A stretch of 64,000 nucleotides of DNA, taken from NCBI GenBank assembly GCA_965116535.1, contig OZ220703.1:385545-449544 (forward strand), read 5' to 3'. The translations under genes and the position numbers were made by a program. Source of the stretch: Acidimicrobiales bacterium (GTDB taxonomy: Bacteria; Actinomycetota; Acidimicrobiia; Acidimicrobiales; Bin134). The notes beneath the pieces were generated by a model. It did not search any database, had not been told where the DNA came from, and was given only the letters and a program-made list of their open reading frames with translations. Below are positions 17,801-27,200 of this stretch, piece by piece; positions within the stretch are counted from its first letter, which is position 1, and each line of letters starts with the position of its first letter.

Positions 17801-20800
17801 GTCGAACAGGTTCGCGGGCACCGAGGACAGCTCGTTGTCCTGCAATTGCACCGATTCCAATGCTGCGTGGGCGTCCTCGAATAGGTTCGCAGGCACCGAG
17901 GTCAGCCCATTGCCGGCCAAACTCACATACCCATCTTGGCTCCCGAGCCCACTGAGACCCTGGAAGGGGAGCGAGGCCAGCGATGTCAGCCCGTTGCCCG
18001 CAAGATCCAAGCTCTCCAGGCCCGTGTACCCGTCGAATGGGTCGTTGTCCAGCGACGTCAGCCCAGTCCCCCCCAAATTCAACGTGAAGGTGCCAGACCC
18101 CGACAACGCCGCCATGCCGTCGAACAGGTCGGCGCCGATCTGGCCGTTGCTGTCGGCCAGCGGGTTCCGGCTCAAGTACAGTCCGGCCAACTTGTCCAAG
18201 GGCTCGAACAGCGCCCGCGACAGATCCGACTCCTCCAGATTGTTCCTCGACAGATCCAGCGTCACCAGTTTCGGCAGCTGCGAGAACGTGTCCCACTCAC
18301 CCCAACTCGGCGTGGTCGAGAACCCAGTCCACACATCGTCCCAGGCGACGGCATCCCATCCAGGCGGCGGTTGTGTGGGCGGGTACGACCTGACGCTCTC
18401 CAAGCCATTGTCCGCCAGCGATAGCTCCGTCAATGCCGCCAGCGGCGCCATAGCCTCGCGCAAATAGCCCGCGAACTCCAAGCCGTTCAAGCGCGACAGC
18501 TCGTTGCCGCTCAAATGGATTTCCTGCAAGGTGCTCTGCACCGGGCTGAAGACGAACGGGGCGATCGACTCGATCCGGTTGTCCGTCGCGTCGAACGTCT
18601 CCAGCTCCCCGAACGAGTGGAACAATCGGCCGTCGTCCAGCGCTGCAATCTGGTTGCCGCCCACCTGCAAGTGCAAGAGACCCCGTAAGCCGATGAACAT
18701 CTCCGAGTTCAGCTCCGAGATCAGATTGTCCGCCAGCACCAGCGTGTCCAGATTTTCCATCTCGAGCTCGCCCACATGATTGCCGTCCTCGTCGAACACC
18801 GCGCCGACGAACAGCCCTGGCTGCACTCCCCGCAACGCGTTGCGGCCCAGATCCAGCTTCACCAGATCCGGCAGATTTGCGAACGCGCCCGACTCGATCC
18901 AGCGGATGCTGTTGCCCGACAACACCAGATTCTCCAGCTTCGGCACCTCTGAGAACGCCAGCGTGGGCAGCGCCTTCAACGCCGGCGAGTCCACGATTTC
19001 CAGCTTGGTCAGCGCGTCCAGACCCGCAAGGTCAGCAGGCATGATCGAGAACCGTCCGTAGCCCTGCACGCCCAAACTCTCGATGTCGTCGAGATCGTCC
19101 TCGTCCACCGCCGAGCAGCTGAAATCATTGTCATCCAGCGCGAACTTGATCGCCTTCACCACCGCCGGATCACGGCCGCAGATCGAGATCTCAGAAGCCA
19201 TCACCTGCGGCGCGACGCTCTTGTCAGGATCCAGCGTCGGCTGCAATAGTTTCTCGCCGGGCAGCCACTGCTGGAGCACAGGCGGGGTGTCCACCTCGAC
19301 GGTGGCGGGTTCGCTCGACAGCTCGATGCCCACCGCCCCGACCTGGTAGGCGTAGGCCGTGCCTGCTTCCACGGTCGTGTCGGTGTAGGTGGTGGTGGCG
19401 CCCGCGGTCACGCCGAGGGGCTCGAAGTCTTCGGGCGGGTCGGCGTCGCGCACCTTGCGCGTCACCAGGTAGGTGACGATCGTCTGCGCCGGGGCGGTCC
19501 AGCTGAGCGTCACCGACGAACTGGTAGCGGTGGCCTGGAGGCTGGTGGGCGCGTCCGGCGGTGCCGGTATGTCTGCCGAGACAGCGTCGGTGAGCGTGCC
19601 GACCCCGTCGTCGTCTGCGGCCCGCACCTTGTAGGAGTAGGTGCCCGAGCCCGGCGGCGAGTCCGAATAGGAGTTAGCCGTGGGCGTGGCGAGCTTGAAA
19701 TACGCCGTCTCGTCGGGACCCTGGCGCAACACGTCATAGCCGGTGGCCCCCTCCACCGCGTCCCAGGCCAGGTTCACCGTGAGGCCCGACCGCGTGGCCG
19801 TCAGCCCTGCGGGGGCCGCCATCTCGTTGTCAGGCTCGGGAATGTCCACCTTCACCGTGGCCGGCTTGCTGCGGCCGCCGGTGTTGATGGCAGTGATGCT
19901 GTAGCGGTACGCCGCGCCGGCCACCGGGTTGCTGTCGGTCACCTGGGTGGCGTCAGCACCCACTTGCCCCACCAGCACCGCCTCCTGCGGCGGGCCCGCG
20001 TTCCGCAGCTTCCTGTCCACGATGTAGCCCGTGACAATGCCCTCGGTGGCGTCCCACGACAATGTCACCGAGTCCTCCCCCACATCGGCCTCAAAACTGG
20101 TAGGCGCCGCAGGCGGCACGGGGGGCACCGACACCGGCGCCTCATCGCTGGGCCGGCTCAGCCCCCTGTCGGTGGTGACCGTCTTCACCACGTATACATA
20201 GTCGCTGCCCCGGGCCACATCGGTATCGGTGAACCTAACGGCGCCACCAGTGGTTCCCAGCACCGAGAACTCCGACTCGCCCGGACCGCGGCGCAGCACC
20301 TGATAGTCCGCAACGGCGATCCCGTTGCTCGGATCAGACTCCACCTCATCCCACGACAGCAGCACCTGCGGCCCCTGAGGCGCCAACGACACCGACGCCG
20401 CCACGTTCTCCGGCCACGGCACCGCCACACCCGACCTCAAAAGAGCCGGATCGTCTGTCTCCCTGGTGATGTACCGCGACCACACCACGTCATACACCGC
20501 ACACCCGTCATAAAACGGGGTTACTTTCAAGGTGGCGGTGTTGGTGTGCTCGAGCCGGTAGCACACCATCGTGGAACGGTCCGCCGCCACGCAGAGATGC
20601 CCGGGATCGAAGCCAACATATGTGCCAACACCGCTGCCGTCGACGAAGTTGATGCTCTGTCGCGCACCTTTGTCTGTGCCGTCATGGACGAAATCCGCGC
20701 AGTTCCGGATTCCTTTATTTCCTATTCCGCCTTCTTTGAAGCTGCATCTGAGGACCGGGTACTTGCCCACGCAGAATTCGTACGTGTAGAGACCGGTGAC

Positions 20801-23800
20801 TATCTCACCCGCAGGCACCGCGCCTGCGTTAGTGATGACCTCTCCGTTTTCTAGGCCCACCTGGATCTTCATGTAGTACTTGACTTCGTTGGCGGGGCGC
20901 AGGCTGCCGTCGTCTCTGCGGGCGTCGCGAAAGCTCGCGTCCCCGTCCAAATAGAACGGCAGCACCGGTATCCATTTGGTCTTGGCCTCGCTGAACGACC
21001 CGTCAGTGCCGAAACGGCGGATCGTGTACTGATACGCATGCGCGAGGCGGGTCTCGTTGTCGCGCCAGCCGCCCTCGGCCTCATCGCTGCCGCGCGGCGC
21101 TCCGTTCCACGCCTTGACCAGCGCCGGCCGGTTGGTGGCACCGTCGGCGCGCCACACTTCGGTGCGGGCCACGCATTGCTGCTTTTGGGCGTTGGCCCAC
21201 GCCAGCACCAGGTACTCGCGGTGGGCCCCGTCGAAGCTGTGCAAGCCGGGGATGAGGTTGCCCCTTCGGCCGCCGGGGCGCCCGTCGCCGTCGCTGTACA
21301 CGGTGTTGAGCGACACCCTCCCCGGCCAGCACGGCCGGCGCAAGCGCGGCGGCTCGCGGTAGACGCGCACCGTTCCGCCTTCGAAGCCCTCCACAAGGTG
21401 ACCTGAGGCGTAGGCGACGCCGGTCCACACCTTGTGCCAGCCGCCGTCGCGCAGGTTCACCTGGATGCCCGGCCGGTTGGTGTCGGCGTCGTGGTAGCTG
21501 TACCCCTCGTCCCAATCGGACTGGGCATCGGTGTAGTCCTCGTCGATGTCGGGCGCTATCTCGCCGCGCACCGAATGGCGGGGGTGCGCCGCGACGGGGG
21601 TGATGGTGACCCGGTCGACATCTGCGCCCACGTACACCTCCCAGCGCTCGTAGAACTCGTTGTACTCCACCCGCCCCTCGCTGGAGCGCACCTCGGCCAG
21701 CGGATCCTCGAACAGCGAGTTGCTGCAAAGCCTGTCGAAGCTCGACTCGACGTGGAGCTCGCTGGTCAGCTTGGCCTCCACCGCCGTTTTCACCCGGTCG
21801 CGGGCGGCCTGGTTCCCATACGACGTCCCCGACAGGTCCACGAAGCGCAGCGAATCCTTGGGATCCTCGAGGCGGGCCGCGAAACTGGTCGCGCTGGCCG
21901 AGTCCGGGGCGGTGAAACTGTTGCACGACAAATCCAGGCTCTCCAGGCCGGTGAGGCCATCGAAAATGTCAGCGCTCAAGCTGTCTGGGAGCTGGTTGGA
22001 GCGCAGCCCCAAGAACTCCAGATCCTCGTCCAGCGGGTCGAACACGTCGACGGGCAGCGTCGAAAGGCTGTTGCGCGACAGATCCAGGAACTCCAGATCG
22101 ATCGGCCCGCTCCCGCTGGGCATGTCCCGGAAGATGTCCTCGGGCAGCGACGAAAGGCTGTTGCCCGCCAGATCCAGGTTTTTCAAGTAGTTGAGCCCGT
22201 CGAACAGGCCCGCGGTCAACGAAGTCAGATTGTTGTCTTCCAGGTCGATCTCGGTCAGGTAGGTCTGCCCGCTGAACAGGGTGGCGGGCACGCTGGCCAG
22301 TTGGTTGCCGCTCAGATTCACGGTCTCCAATTGGTTGAACCCGCTGAACAGGCCCGCGGGCACCTCGGTCAGCGCGTTGTCCTGCAAGAACACCGAGATC
22401 AATCCGGTGGCGTCCTCGAACACGTCGGCGGGCAGCGACTCCAGGTCGTTGCCGGCCAAATTCACATACCCACTACAACACCCCCCCAGCCCGGTGAGAC
22501 CCTGGAAGGGGAGCGAGTCCAGCGATGTCAGCTCGTTGTGGCCGAGATCGAGCTTCTCCAGCCCGATGTACCCGTCGAATGGATCGTTGTCCAACGACCG
22601 CAACCCGGTCCGGCCCAGGTGCAATGTGAACACCCCCCCACCCAAGTGCGGATCGGTCATGAACACCCTGCGCAGGCCGTCGAACAAGTCAGGATCTATC
22701 TCCCCGTCGGCAGCGAACAGCCTCGGATTCTTGGACAAATCCAGCTTGAACAACTTGTCCAAGGGCTCGAACAGCGCCTTCGACAGGCCCGACTCCACCA
22801 GATCGTTGCCATGCAAGGCCAGCGTCTCCAAACCCGGCAACTGCGAGAACGTGTCCCACTCACCCCAATCGGGCGTGGTCGAGAACCTAGACCACAAACC
22901 TGCCCAGGCGCCGGCGTCCCAACCAGGCGGCGCCTCGCTGGGCGGGTACGACCTGACGCTCTCCAAGCCGTTGTCCTCCAGCCACAGCTCCGTCAACGCC
23001 GTGAGCGGTGCCACGCCGCTCCTATTAAGGCCCGCGAACTCCAAGCCGTTCAAGTGGGACAGCTCGTTGCCGTCCAAATAGATCTCCTTCAAAGTCGACT
23101 GGAACGGGCTGAAGATAAACGGAGCGATCGACTCGATCCGGTTGTCCCTCGCGTCGAAAGTCTCCAGTTCGTTGAACGCGTATAGCAATCTTTCGTCGTC
23201 CAGTGCTGCAATCTGGTTGCCGCGCACCTGTAAGTGCAACAGACCGCCCAAGCCGAAGAACATGTCTTGGCGCAGCTCCGAGATCAGATTGTCCTCCAAG
23301 ATCAGCGTCTCCAAGCCACCCAGGTCGCTGTCGGCCCCAGTCATGCCATCCAGCTCGAAGGAGCCTCTGAATATTTCAGCCGGCAGACCGCGCAGCGCAT
23401 TGCGGCCCAAATCCAAAACCACCAGATGCTCCAAACCCGCGAACGCGCCCGACTCCATCCCGCGAATCCCGTTGCCCGACAGCACCAGCGTCTCCAGCTT
23501 CGGAGCCCCCCGGAACGCCCATCCCGAGATCACCTGCAACTCAGGAGAGTCTTCGATATGCAGCTTGGTCAACGCGTCCAGACCCGCGAAATCACCGCGA
23601 TCGATTGCGAAGCGGCCATAGCCCCGCACACCCAGATGCTCGATGTCGTCCAGTTCGTCCTCGTCCACCGCCGAGCAACTGAAGCTGTTGTCGTCCAGCG
23701 CCACCTCGATCGCGTCCACCACCGCCTGGTCACGACCGCAAATCGAGATATCAGCCGCCGCCGCCGGCAACGCCCCCGGCACCGCCACCAACAACACCGC

Positions 23801-23869
23801 CAGCAACGCAGCCGCCAAACCCGCAACGCCTACACGGCGCAACCCACCCCTGAGCCGGGCGAAGGCCAT
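14813..23869 (-). CDS. Giant secreted leucine-rich-repeat / fibronectin-III protein (3,018 aa) with an internal ~1,500-aa tandem duplication
   Basis: ORF track 14813..23872; a TTG lies at 23872 but I prefer the ATG at 23869. The signal peptide reads RLRGGLRRVGVAGLAAALLAVLLVAVPGALPAAAA. Each of the two units has a Cys-containing cap (ISICGRDxAVVxAI..ALDDNxFSCSAVDEDxLDDIE), about 20 LRRs (e.g. LETLVLSGNGIRGMESGAFAGLEHLVVLDLGRNALRGLP), a cadherin-like sandwich, a ~330-aa Cys-rich region of unknown fold, and FN3 domains (4 in unit 1, 1 in unit 2). The C-terminus carries two copies of the 127-aa PLxGFRLVDA module. Confidence 0.95.
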   Translation of the reverse strand: MAFARLRGGLRRVGVAGLAAALLAVLLVAVPGALPAAAADISICGRDQAVVDAIEVALDDNSFSCSAVDEDELDDIEHLGVRGYGRFAIDRGDFAGLDALTKLHIEDSPELQVISGWAFRGAPKLETLVLSGNGIRGMESGAFAGLEHLVVLDLGRNALRGLPAEIFRGSFELDGMTGADSDLGGLETLILEDNLISELRQDMFFGLGGLLHLQVRGNQIAALDDERLLYAFNELETFDARDNRIESIAPFIFSPFQSTLKEIYLDGNELSHLNGLEFAGLNRSGVAPLTALTELWLEDNGLESVRSYPPSEAPPGWDAGAWAGLWSRFSTTPDWGEWDTFSQLPGLETLALHGNDLVESGLSKALFEPLDKLFKLDLSKNPRLFAADGEIDPDLFDGLRRVFMTDPHLGGGVFTLHLGRTGLRSLDNDPFDGYIGLEKLDLGHNELTSLDSLPFQGLTGLGGCCSGYVNLAGNDLESLPADVFEDATGLISVFLQDNALTEVPAGLFSGFNQLETVNLSGNQLASVPATLFSGQTYLTEIDLEDNNLTSLTAGLFDGLNYLKNLDLAGNSLSSLPEDIFRDMPSGSGPIDLEFLDLSRNSLSTLPVDVFDPLDEDLEFLGLRSNQLPDSLSADIFDGLTGLESLDLSCNSFTAPDSASATSFAARLEDPKDSLRFVDLSGTSYGNQAARDRVKTAVEAKLTSELHVESSFDRLCSNSLFEDPLAEVRSSEGRVEYNEFYERWEVYVGADVDRVTITPVAAHPRHSVRGEIAPDIDEDYTDAQSDWDEGYSYHDADTNRPGIQVNLRDGGWHKVWTGVAYASGHLVEGFEGGTVRVYREPPRLRRPCWPGRVSLNTVYSDGDGRPGGRRGNLIPGLHSFDGAHREYLVLAWANAQKQQCVARTEVWRADGATNRPALVKAWNGAPRGSDEAEGGWRDNETRLAHAYQYTIRRFGTDGSFSEAKTKWIPVLPFYLDGDASFRDARRDDGSLRPANEVKYYMKIQVGLENGEVITNAGAVPAGEIVTGLYTYEFCVGKYPVLRCSFKEGGIGNKGIRNCADFVHDGTDKGARQSINFVDGSGVGTYVGFDPGHLCVAADRSTMVCYRLEHTNTATLKVTPFYDGCAVYDVVWSRYITRETDDPALLRSGVAVPWPENVAASVSLAPQGPQVLLSWDEVESDPSNGIAVADYQVLRRGPGESEFSVLGTTGGAVRFTDTDVARGSDYVYVVKTVTTDRGLSRPSDEAPVSVPPVPPAAPTSFEADVGEDSVTLSWDATEGIVTGYIVDRKLRNAGPPQEAVLVGQVGADATQVTDSNPVAGAAYRYSITAINTGGRSKPATVKVDIPEPDNEMAAPAGLTATRSGLTVNLAWDAVEGATGYDVLRQGPDETAYFKLATPTANSYSDSPPGSGTYSYKVRAADDDGVGTLTDAVSADIPAPPDAPTSLQATATSSSVTLSWTAPAQTIVTYLVTRKVRDADPPEDFEPLGVTAGATTTYTDTTVEAGTAYAYQVGAVGIELSSEPATVEVDTPPVLQQWLPGEKLLQPTLDPDKSVAPQVMASEISICGRDPAVVKAIKFALDDNDFSCSAVDEDDLDDIESLGVQGYGRFSIMPADLAGLDALTKLEIVDSPALKALPTLAFSEVPKLENLVLSGNSIRWIESGAFANLPDLVKLDLGRNALRGVQPGLFVGAVFDEDGNHVGELEMENLDTLVLADNLISELNSEMFIGLRGLLHLQVGGNQIAALDDGRLFHSFGELETFDATDNRIESIAPFVFSPVQSTLQEIHLSGNELSRLNGLEFAGYLREAMAPLAALTELSLADNGLESVRSYPPTQPPPGWDAVAWDDVWTGFSTTPSWGEWDTFSQLPKLVTLDLSRNNLEESDLSRALFEPLDKLAGLYLSRNPLADSNGQIGADLFDGMAALSGSGTFTLNLGGTGLTSLDNDPFDGYTGLESLDLAGNGLTSLASLPFQGLSGLGSQDGYVSLAGNGLTSVPANLFEDAHAALESVQLQDNELSSVPANLFDGRTNLSAVNLSGNNLTSLPASLFDGLGELFVLELDDNELASLNVDLLDGLAELKTLDLSGNRLTTLPEDIFKGDDSATPVGPFNMKFLDLSENLISSLPADVFDPLGGDLKFLGLRSNQLPDSLSADIFDGLAGLIRLDLACNSFTAPDAASATSFAARFEETTRLDFVDVSGTSYGSQTALNRVKTAVNAKRPGILHIEASFNTACEYSLFEDPLAEVRSSAGWVEYDELNDRWDIYVGADVDQVTITPLAAHHRQKVRGRDQIDITAPRIDLPSSLVIEYAYHDADTNRPGIQVKLRDGGWHRVWTGATFASDDLVEDFDHERVRVYREPPPMRREGCAPGAVSLNTVYSDGDGLEGGRKGNLFPGLHSFDGPLREWIVLGWAKVDKPQCVARTELWRGDGQYQAERLVKEWNGVPPSDDHAEGRWRDTETVIGTAFQYTIRRFGTDESFSQASTEWIPVMPAYLDLDKSWQDAYNDDGSLIHANDVVYNARLQLGGPQNGEVLMMAPSLLNEGERPVIGLYTWEFCRMQYSTTVFMCDEIEVVSINAVSYLRVTPPQTVGPLKRTFTPSASVIAMTNANRFANWCVKLKFSNPVDIEVEHSIYDGCAVFDLMSARHITKTNNPPAAESGALVPWPENVAASVSLAPEGPQVLLSWDEVESDPRNEIAVTDYQVLRRGPGESEFSVLGTTGGTTAFTDTDVAYGRDYSYVVKTVTADSGLSLPSDEASVSVPAAPPETPPAGPLDGFRLVDAADQSLISLLADGDTVELDSPDAGSFAIEATIADGESVGSVSFELTGPVSYGPKTESYAPYSLHGDTSSGDDVELNGQALPAGEYTLTATAWSQRGLSGDELGTLEFSFTVTAKPDTGSLAGFRLVDAGDQSLIASLADGGTVELDSPGTGSFAIEAAIVDGHSVGSVSLELTGPVSYGPKTESYAPYSLHGDTSSGGDIELNGQALPAGEYTLTANAWSQRGLRGDEVGTLEISFTITAAD
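14816..15577 (-). repeat. Tandem 2 x 381-bp (127-aa) repeat encoding the 'PLxGFRLVDAxDQ' module at the C-terminus of the LRR protein
   Basis: Identical antisense peptides (MQRVGGVALGLGPIGHRPGQL) start at 14969 and 15350, an exact 381-nt period. Long stretches such as 14945-15050 and 15326-15431 are nearly identical at the DNA level. Confidence 0.9.
15600..23750 (-). repeat. Internal duplication of the LRR gene (unit offset 4,560 nt)
   Basis: Cap-encoding DNA 'cgcaaatcgagatatcagc' at ~23738 matches 'cgcagatcgagatctcaga' at ~19178. The two protein halves stay collinear (cap, LRRs, SFAARxE..., YHDADTNRPGIQV.LRDGGWH.VWTG, CVARTE, PWPENVAASVSLAP.GPQVLLSWDEVESDP). Confidence 0.85.
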
Positions 23870-23873
23870 CAAG

Positions 23874-23884
23874 CCCCCCCCCCC
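23874..23884 (-). repeat. Homopolymer tract, C11 on the plus strand (G11 on the coding strand), 4 nt upstream of the LRR gene ATG
   Basis: The plus strand reads aag ccccccccccc tc. On the coding strand this is TTTTGA-G11-CTTG-ATG, so the tract itself forms the Shine-Dalgarno-like purine run. Confidence 0.95.
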
Positions 23885-24049
23885 TCAAAATCTTGCACTG
23901 ATTGATTGCCTCAACCACAAATAAGGCGCAATGCCCCAGGCCCCGCCAGCAATGTCTCCGCTGTCCCGGACAATCGAGTCCACTGGCATTGCGCACCCCG
24001 CCTTCGTGTATACGACTAGCGCTGGTATGTCGAACTGGACATAGCAGTA

Positions 24050-24187
24050 TAGAAAACTAGTCGAAATGACGCACCACGCTAAAACATTCGAGGCCTATGG
24101 GGAGATTACTCGTGTTGTTGCGCCTATTTTTTCTTTGATCATGCGAAATACTCATCACTATCGAGGGAGTTCCGGCCCGCCACGGCC
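24050..24187 (-). promoter_or_regulatory. Conserved intergenic element, copy 1 (upstream of the LRR gene)
   Basis: This ~120-138-nt segment is collinear with 38019-38157. Shared blocks sit at the same spacing: ta[gr]aaactag, ggggaNaNtacttgtgttgt-like, catNNgaaatNctcaNNaNtNtcgagggag, then cggcc..cca.cg. Confidence 0.6.
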
Positions 24188-24234
24188 AAAGTACACCCGA
24201 ATGCGTGACACGCTTGACTCGCGGCTGATGCCGG

Positions 24235-27200
24235 CTAGCCGGCGACGTAGTAGTTGCCTCCGGCGTCGTCGGCCCAGCCCTTCATGGCGGCGCGGTCGGC
24301 GTGGTCGCCCCAGGCCACCACGTCGAGGGTGACGCTGCTGTCGTTGTTGTACTTGTCCAGGGTTTCGGCCGTGACCGCGTCTTCGGTGATCCCGTCGGTG
24401 ACGAGCACCACCCGCTTGTTGGCGGGCGACGCTCCGGATACGGTTGAAAAGGCCTCTTTCAGCGCATGTTCGACGTTTGAGCTGCCGCCGCCGAAGCGGG
24501 CGACGTAGTACTTGCTGGGCGACGACCCGATCGCATATTTGACGACAAAGGCCCCCTCCAAGTCGTTCGGAGAAAAGTCATTATTGGCACGGCCATAGCC
24601 CATGAACTGGGCCATTCCGATCTGGGCGCCCGTTGTCGTGCCGGCCTTGGTCGCTGCCGCGGCGAGCGCACTCTCCAAGGGTCCGTCGCCGAGGCTTCGG
24701 TCGGGCCCCGCCATCGAGCGAGTCTCGTCGATCACGAACAGCGTGGCGGTGTTCTCCGCGACGGCGCCCGTGAAGATGTCGGCGATTGCCGTTGCGGTGA
24801 CGACCGGGTCGTTGGCGGTGGCCGAGCTCGGCTTCTTCACCCCTATGTAGGTCCCGCCGGAGTCGGTCGCGAGCTTCTGGACCTCCCCGAAGTAGCTCAG
24901 TTCCACGCCGAAGGCAATGGAATCAAGGACGATGCCCGCATCCGCGAGCGTCTCGAGGAAGCTATCGCGGCTTTGGAGACTACCCTGCCCGTCGGTCAAG
25001 AAGATGATTTTCTTCACCGAGGCCGAGTCTGCTGCGAGCATGCCCCGCGCCCGCCCGAGCGCCAGCCCGAAGCTTGTCTTGCCCCGTCTGCCGCTGAACT
25101 GGTCGATGTAGTCATCCCAGGGTGCTGTTGCGTGGTCTTGAAGGCCGAAGAATGTCGTGGGGATGGTTCCGAATGCGATGAGCGCGACTTTGGTGTTGGG
25201 CATGCTCTCGTCGCGCACGGCCTCCAACGCGGTGCGCACCTCGGGGAAGCCGAAGTCCATGGACCCGGAGTCGTCGACGACGTAGACGATGCTGTTCGTC
25301 GGCGTCGATTCCGCCGCTTTGGCCCAGCCGCGTTTGAAGCCTCCCGCCCCGGCGTCGGCACCGAAGGCGGCGGCGGTGGCGCCGACCGTGGCCCGGGTCA
25401 GCTGCAACACGGCATCGGCCAGCTCGCCCGTAGTGCCTTCGGCGGCCGCCGTGTTTCTGCCGATGACGTGGACCTCTTCGTCGTCGCCGTCGAGGATCCA
25501 CATCGTGGTGCCGTTGGACCACACGCCTGTCGGATCGTCGATGCCGAACTCGAGGGACACGTCGATATCGAGCCGCGGGTTCCGCGACTGGTCGGCCAGC
25601 GTGTAGGCGTACAGCTTGGGCTCGACCCACTCGGCCACCCACAGGGTGGTGCCGTCGGACCACACGTCGTTGTGCTGCGCGAGCAGGTGCTCGCCGGTCA
25701 GCTCGATGTCGTTGGCGGAGTCGCGGTGCCAGCCCGACATCTGGTAGGCGTGGGCGCGGTCGGCGTATCCGTCCACGATCCACATGGTGGTGCCGTCGGA
25801 CCAGAGCCCGTCGGGCTTTTGGCCTGTTGCCAGCGGGCGGTCGGCGGCGATGTCCCGGCTGCCGTCGGCCAGCGAGTAGGCGTACAGCTTCTCGTCCTCT
25901 TGGTCGCCCACCCACATGGTGGTGCCGTCGGACCAGATCCCCCGGGGAGTGGTGTGGCCAGAGTGCAGGTCGAGGTCCCAGTTGCGCGTCCGAGACCCGT
26001 CGGCCAGCGAGTAGGCGTAGACGTATTCGTCGTAGATGTCCAGCACCCACATGGTGGTGCCGTTGGACCAGATGCCCATGGGATCGCGGTTGAAGTTGGC
26101 CAGCTCGAAACCGGAGTACGTCGGCGGCGGGCCCTCGCCGTAGTAGTCGCCGTCCTCGTCGAGGGTGACGGAGAAGGAAACCTCGAGGGTGCCGTGTACG
26201 GTGCCGCGCAGGCCCGGCTGGGAGTACACCGTGGCCGCAAGGGTGTAGTCGCCGACCGGCAGCGTTCCGCCGTTGAGGTCACGGAACCATCGGTTCTTGC
26301 GGTCGCCGTACAGCGAGTAGGGGCCGGTGCTCTCGGTCCTCGCCGGGACGTCCTTGGCCCCCGACAGCTCCAGGCTCATGCTGCCCACGACCCCGCCCCT
26401 CACGACGTCGGCGCGGATCGCGTAGCTGCCCCCGTCGGGATCGCCCACGCCCACCGAGGCGCCATCGGTGAGCCGGGCCATCAACCGCTGGTTCGCGGCG
26501 TTCACCAGCGAGAAGCCCGCCAGCGGCCCCGACGCCGGCCGGCCCGGCTGGCCGATGGCCGGCTTGTCGATGACGCGCACCCTGAGGTTCTCGTTGTCGA
26601 TGACCCACATCGTGGTGCCGTTCGACCACACGCCGCCCGGATCGCCGACGCCCAAATCGCGGGACGTGTCAACAGACAGCCCCGGGTGCCGCGTCAGGTC
26701 CGACAGCGTGTAGGCGTGCAGTTTGCCCTCGGTCCACTCGGCCACCCACATGGTGGTCCCGTCCGACCACACGTCGTTGTGCACCGCCAACAGGTGATCG
26801 GAGAACAGCGTGAAGTCGTTGGCGGAGTCGCGGGACCAATCCGACGCCGAGTAGGCGTACACACGCTCGTCGAAGCCGTCCACGATCCACATGGTGGTGC
26901 CGTTCGACCAGAACCCGTCGGGCTTCAGGCCCGTCTCCAGCGAGCGGTCGCTGGCGGAGTCGCGGCTGCCGTCGGCCAGCGCATAGGCGTACAGCTTCTC
27001 GTCCTCCCGGTCGCCCACCCACACGGTGGTGCCGTCGGACCAGATCCCCGAGGGGGCCGTGTGGCCCGAATGCAGCGTGATGTCGCTGCCGGAGTCCCGG
27101 CTCCCGTCAGACAGCGAATACGCGAAGACCTGATTGGTGTTCCACTCCACCACCCACATCGTGGTGCCGTCCGACCACATCCCGTTGGGCTCTTCGTTGA

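Noticed and set aside
24085-24135. Short upstream ORFs (leader peptides) inside the conserved intergenic element (15 codons upstream of the LRR gene, 28 codons upstream of paralog 2, the latter within 38019-38110).
   Set aside because: Both begin at the homologous ATG, but the conserved nucleotide block ACAACAC.AGT.ATC.CC is read in different frames in the two copies and the peptides are unrelated. Conservation is therefore not at the peptide level.
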